Positions 32,305-32,359 of a stretch of DNA of 32,359 nucleotides are shown one piece after another. The notes beneath the pieces are model-generated. The model did not search any database. It was not told where the DNA came from and saw only the letters and a list, made by a program, of their open reading frames with translations. The translations under genes were made by a program, and so were the position numbers. How positions within the stretch are numbered: the first letter of the stretch is position 1; each line of letters starts with the position of its first letter. Location of the stretch: NCBI GenBank assembly GCA_964468545.1, contig CAYXTT010000002.1, forward strand, positions 1 to 32,359. The letters are read 5' to 3'. The DNA comes from Candidatus Woesearchaeota archaeon (lineage in GTDB: Archaea; Nanobdellota; Nanobdellia; Pacearchaeales; GW2011-AR1).

Positions 32305-32359
32305 GGCGTGTCGAGAGTTTTTTCTGCCTACGACCAGGTCGCGGACTCGGGCAACGAGC
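32305..32359 (+). repeat. DGR template repeat TR2 (partial, truncated by the window edge)
   Basis: GAC, GAC and AAC codons here correspond to GGC, GGC and GAC in VR2 (A to G at 32333, 32345 and 32353). It is preceded by an AT-rich leader homologous to the one upstream of TR1. Confidence 0.6.

Overview
Gene-dense, AT-rich archaeal chromosome segment. Housekeeping genes include MCM, TBP, aRF1, ATP-dependent DNA ligase, Cbf5, ValRS, MetRS, ScpB, r-proteins L31e/L39e/S19e/L15e, tRNA-Ile and tRNA-Gly. TATA-like boxes sit about 20-30 nt upstream of most start codons. The gene content and the extended r-proteins fit a small-genome DPANN-type archaeon, but that is inference. The main signal is two paralogous diversity-generating retroelement (DGR) cassettes. 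Cassette 1 (3329-5350) lies between valS and aRF1. It has a target gene with a GC-rich variable repeat (VR) at its 3' end, a conserved hairpin, a template repeat (TR) and a reverse transcriptase. The ORF track misses most of the RT because its reading frame changes twice and the central segment has no start codon. Cassette 2 (31321 to the window end) has a paralogous target gene, VR, the same hairpin and leader, and the start of a second TR cut by the window edge. TR/VR mismatches are adenine-specific in one part. Elsewhere they look as if the RT-proximal template copy had itself lost adenines. Three accessory segments are each flanked by duplicated host sequence, which suggests insertion. They are DGR cassette 1 (12-nt direct repeat), a MazF/RHH toxin-antitoxin cassette (38-nt perfect repeat duplicating the thioredoxin 3' end), and a 24-nt-period hairpin array duplicating the MCM 3' end. 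A second hairpin array sits at the 3' end of the metallophosphoesterase gene. Other items: heptamer microsatellites inside aroE, a C10/G10 tract in a CDS, a processive GT2 plus deacetylase-like cluster, a 1154-aa beta-helix surface protein with an internal duplication, and an ORF next to tRNA-Gly interrupted by an in-frame TAA. All coordinates and counts come from hand alignment. No database searches were run.
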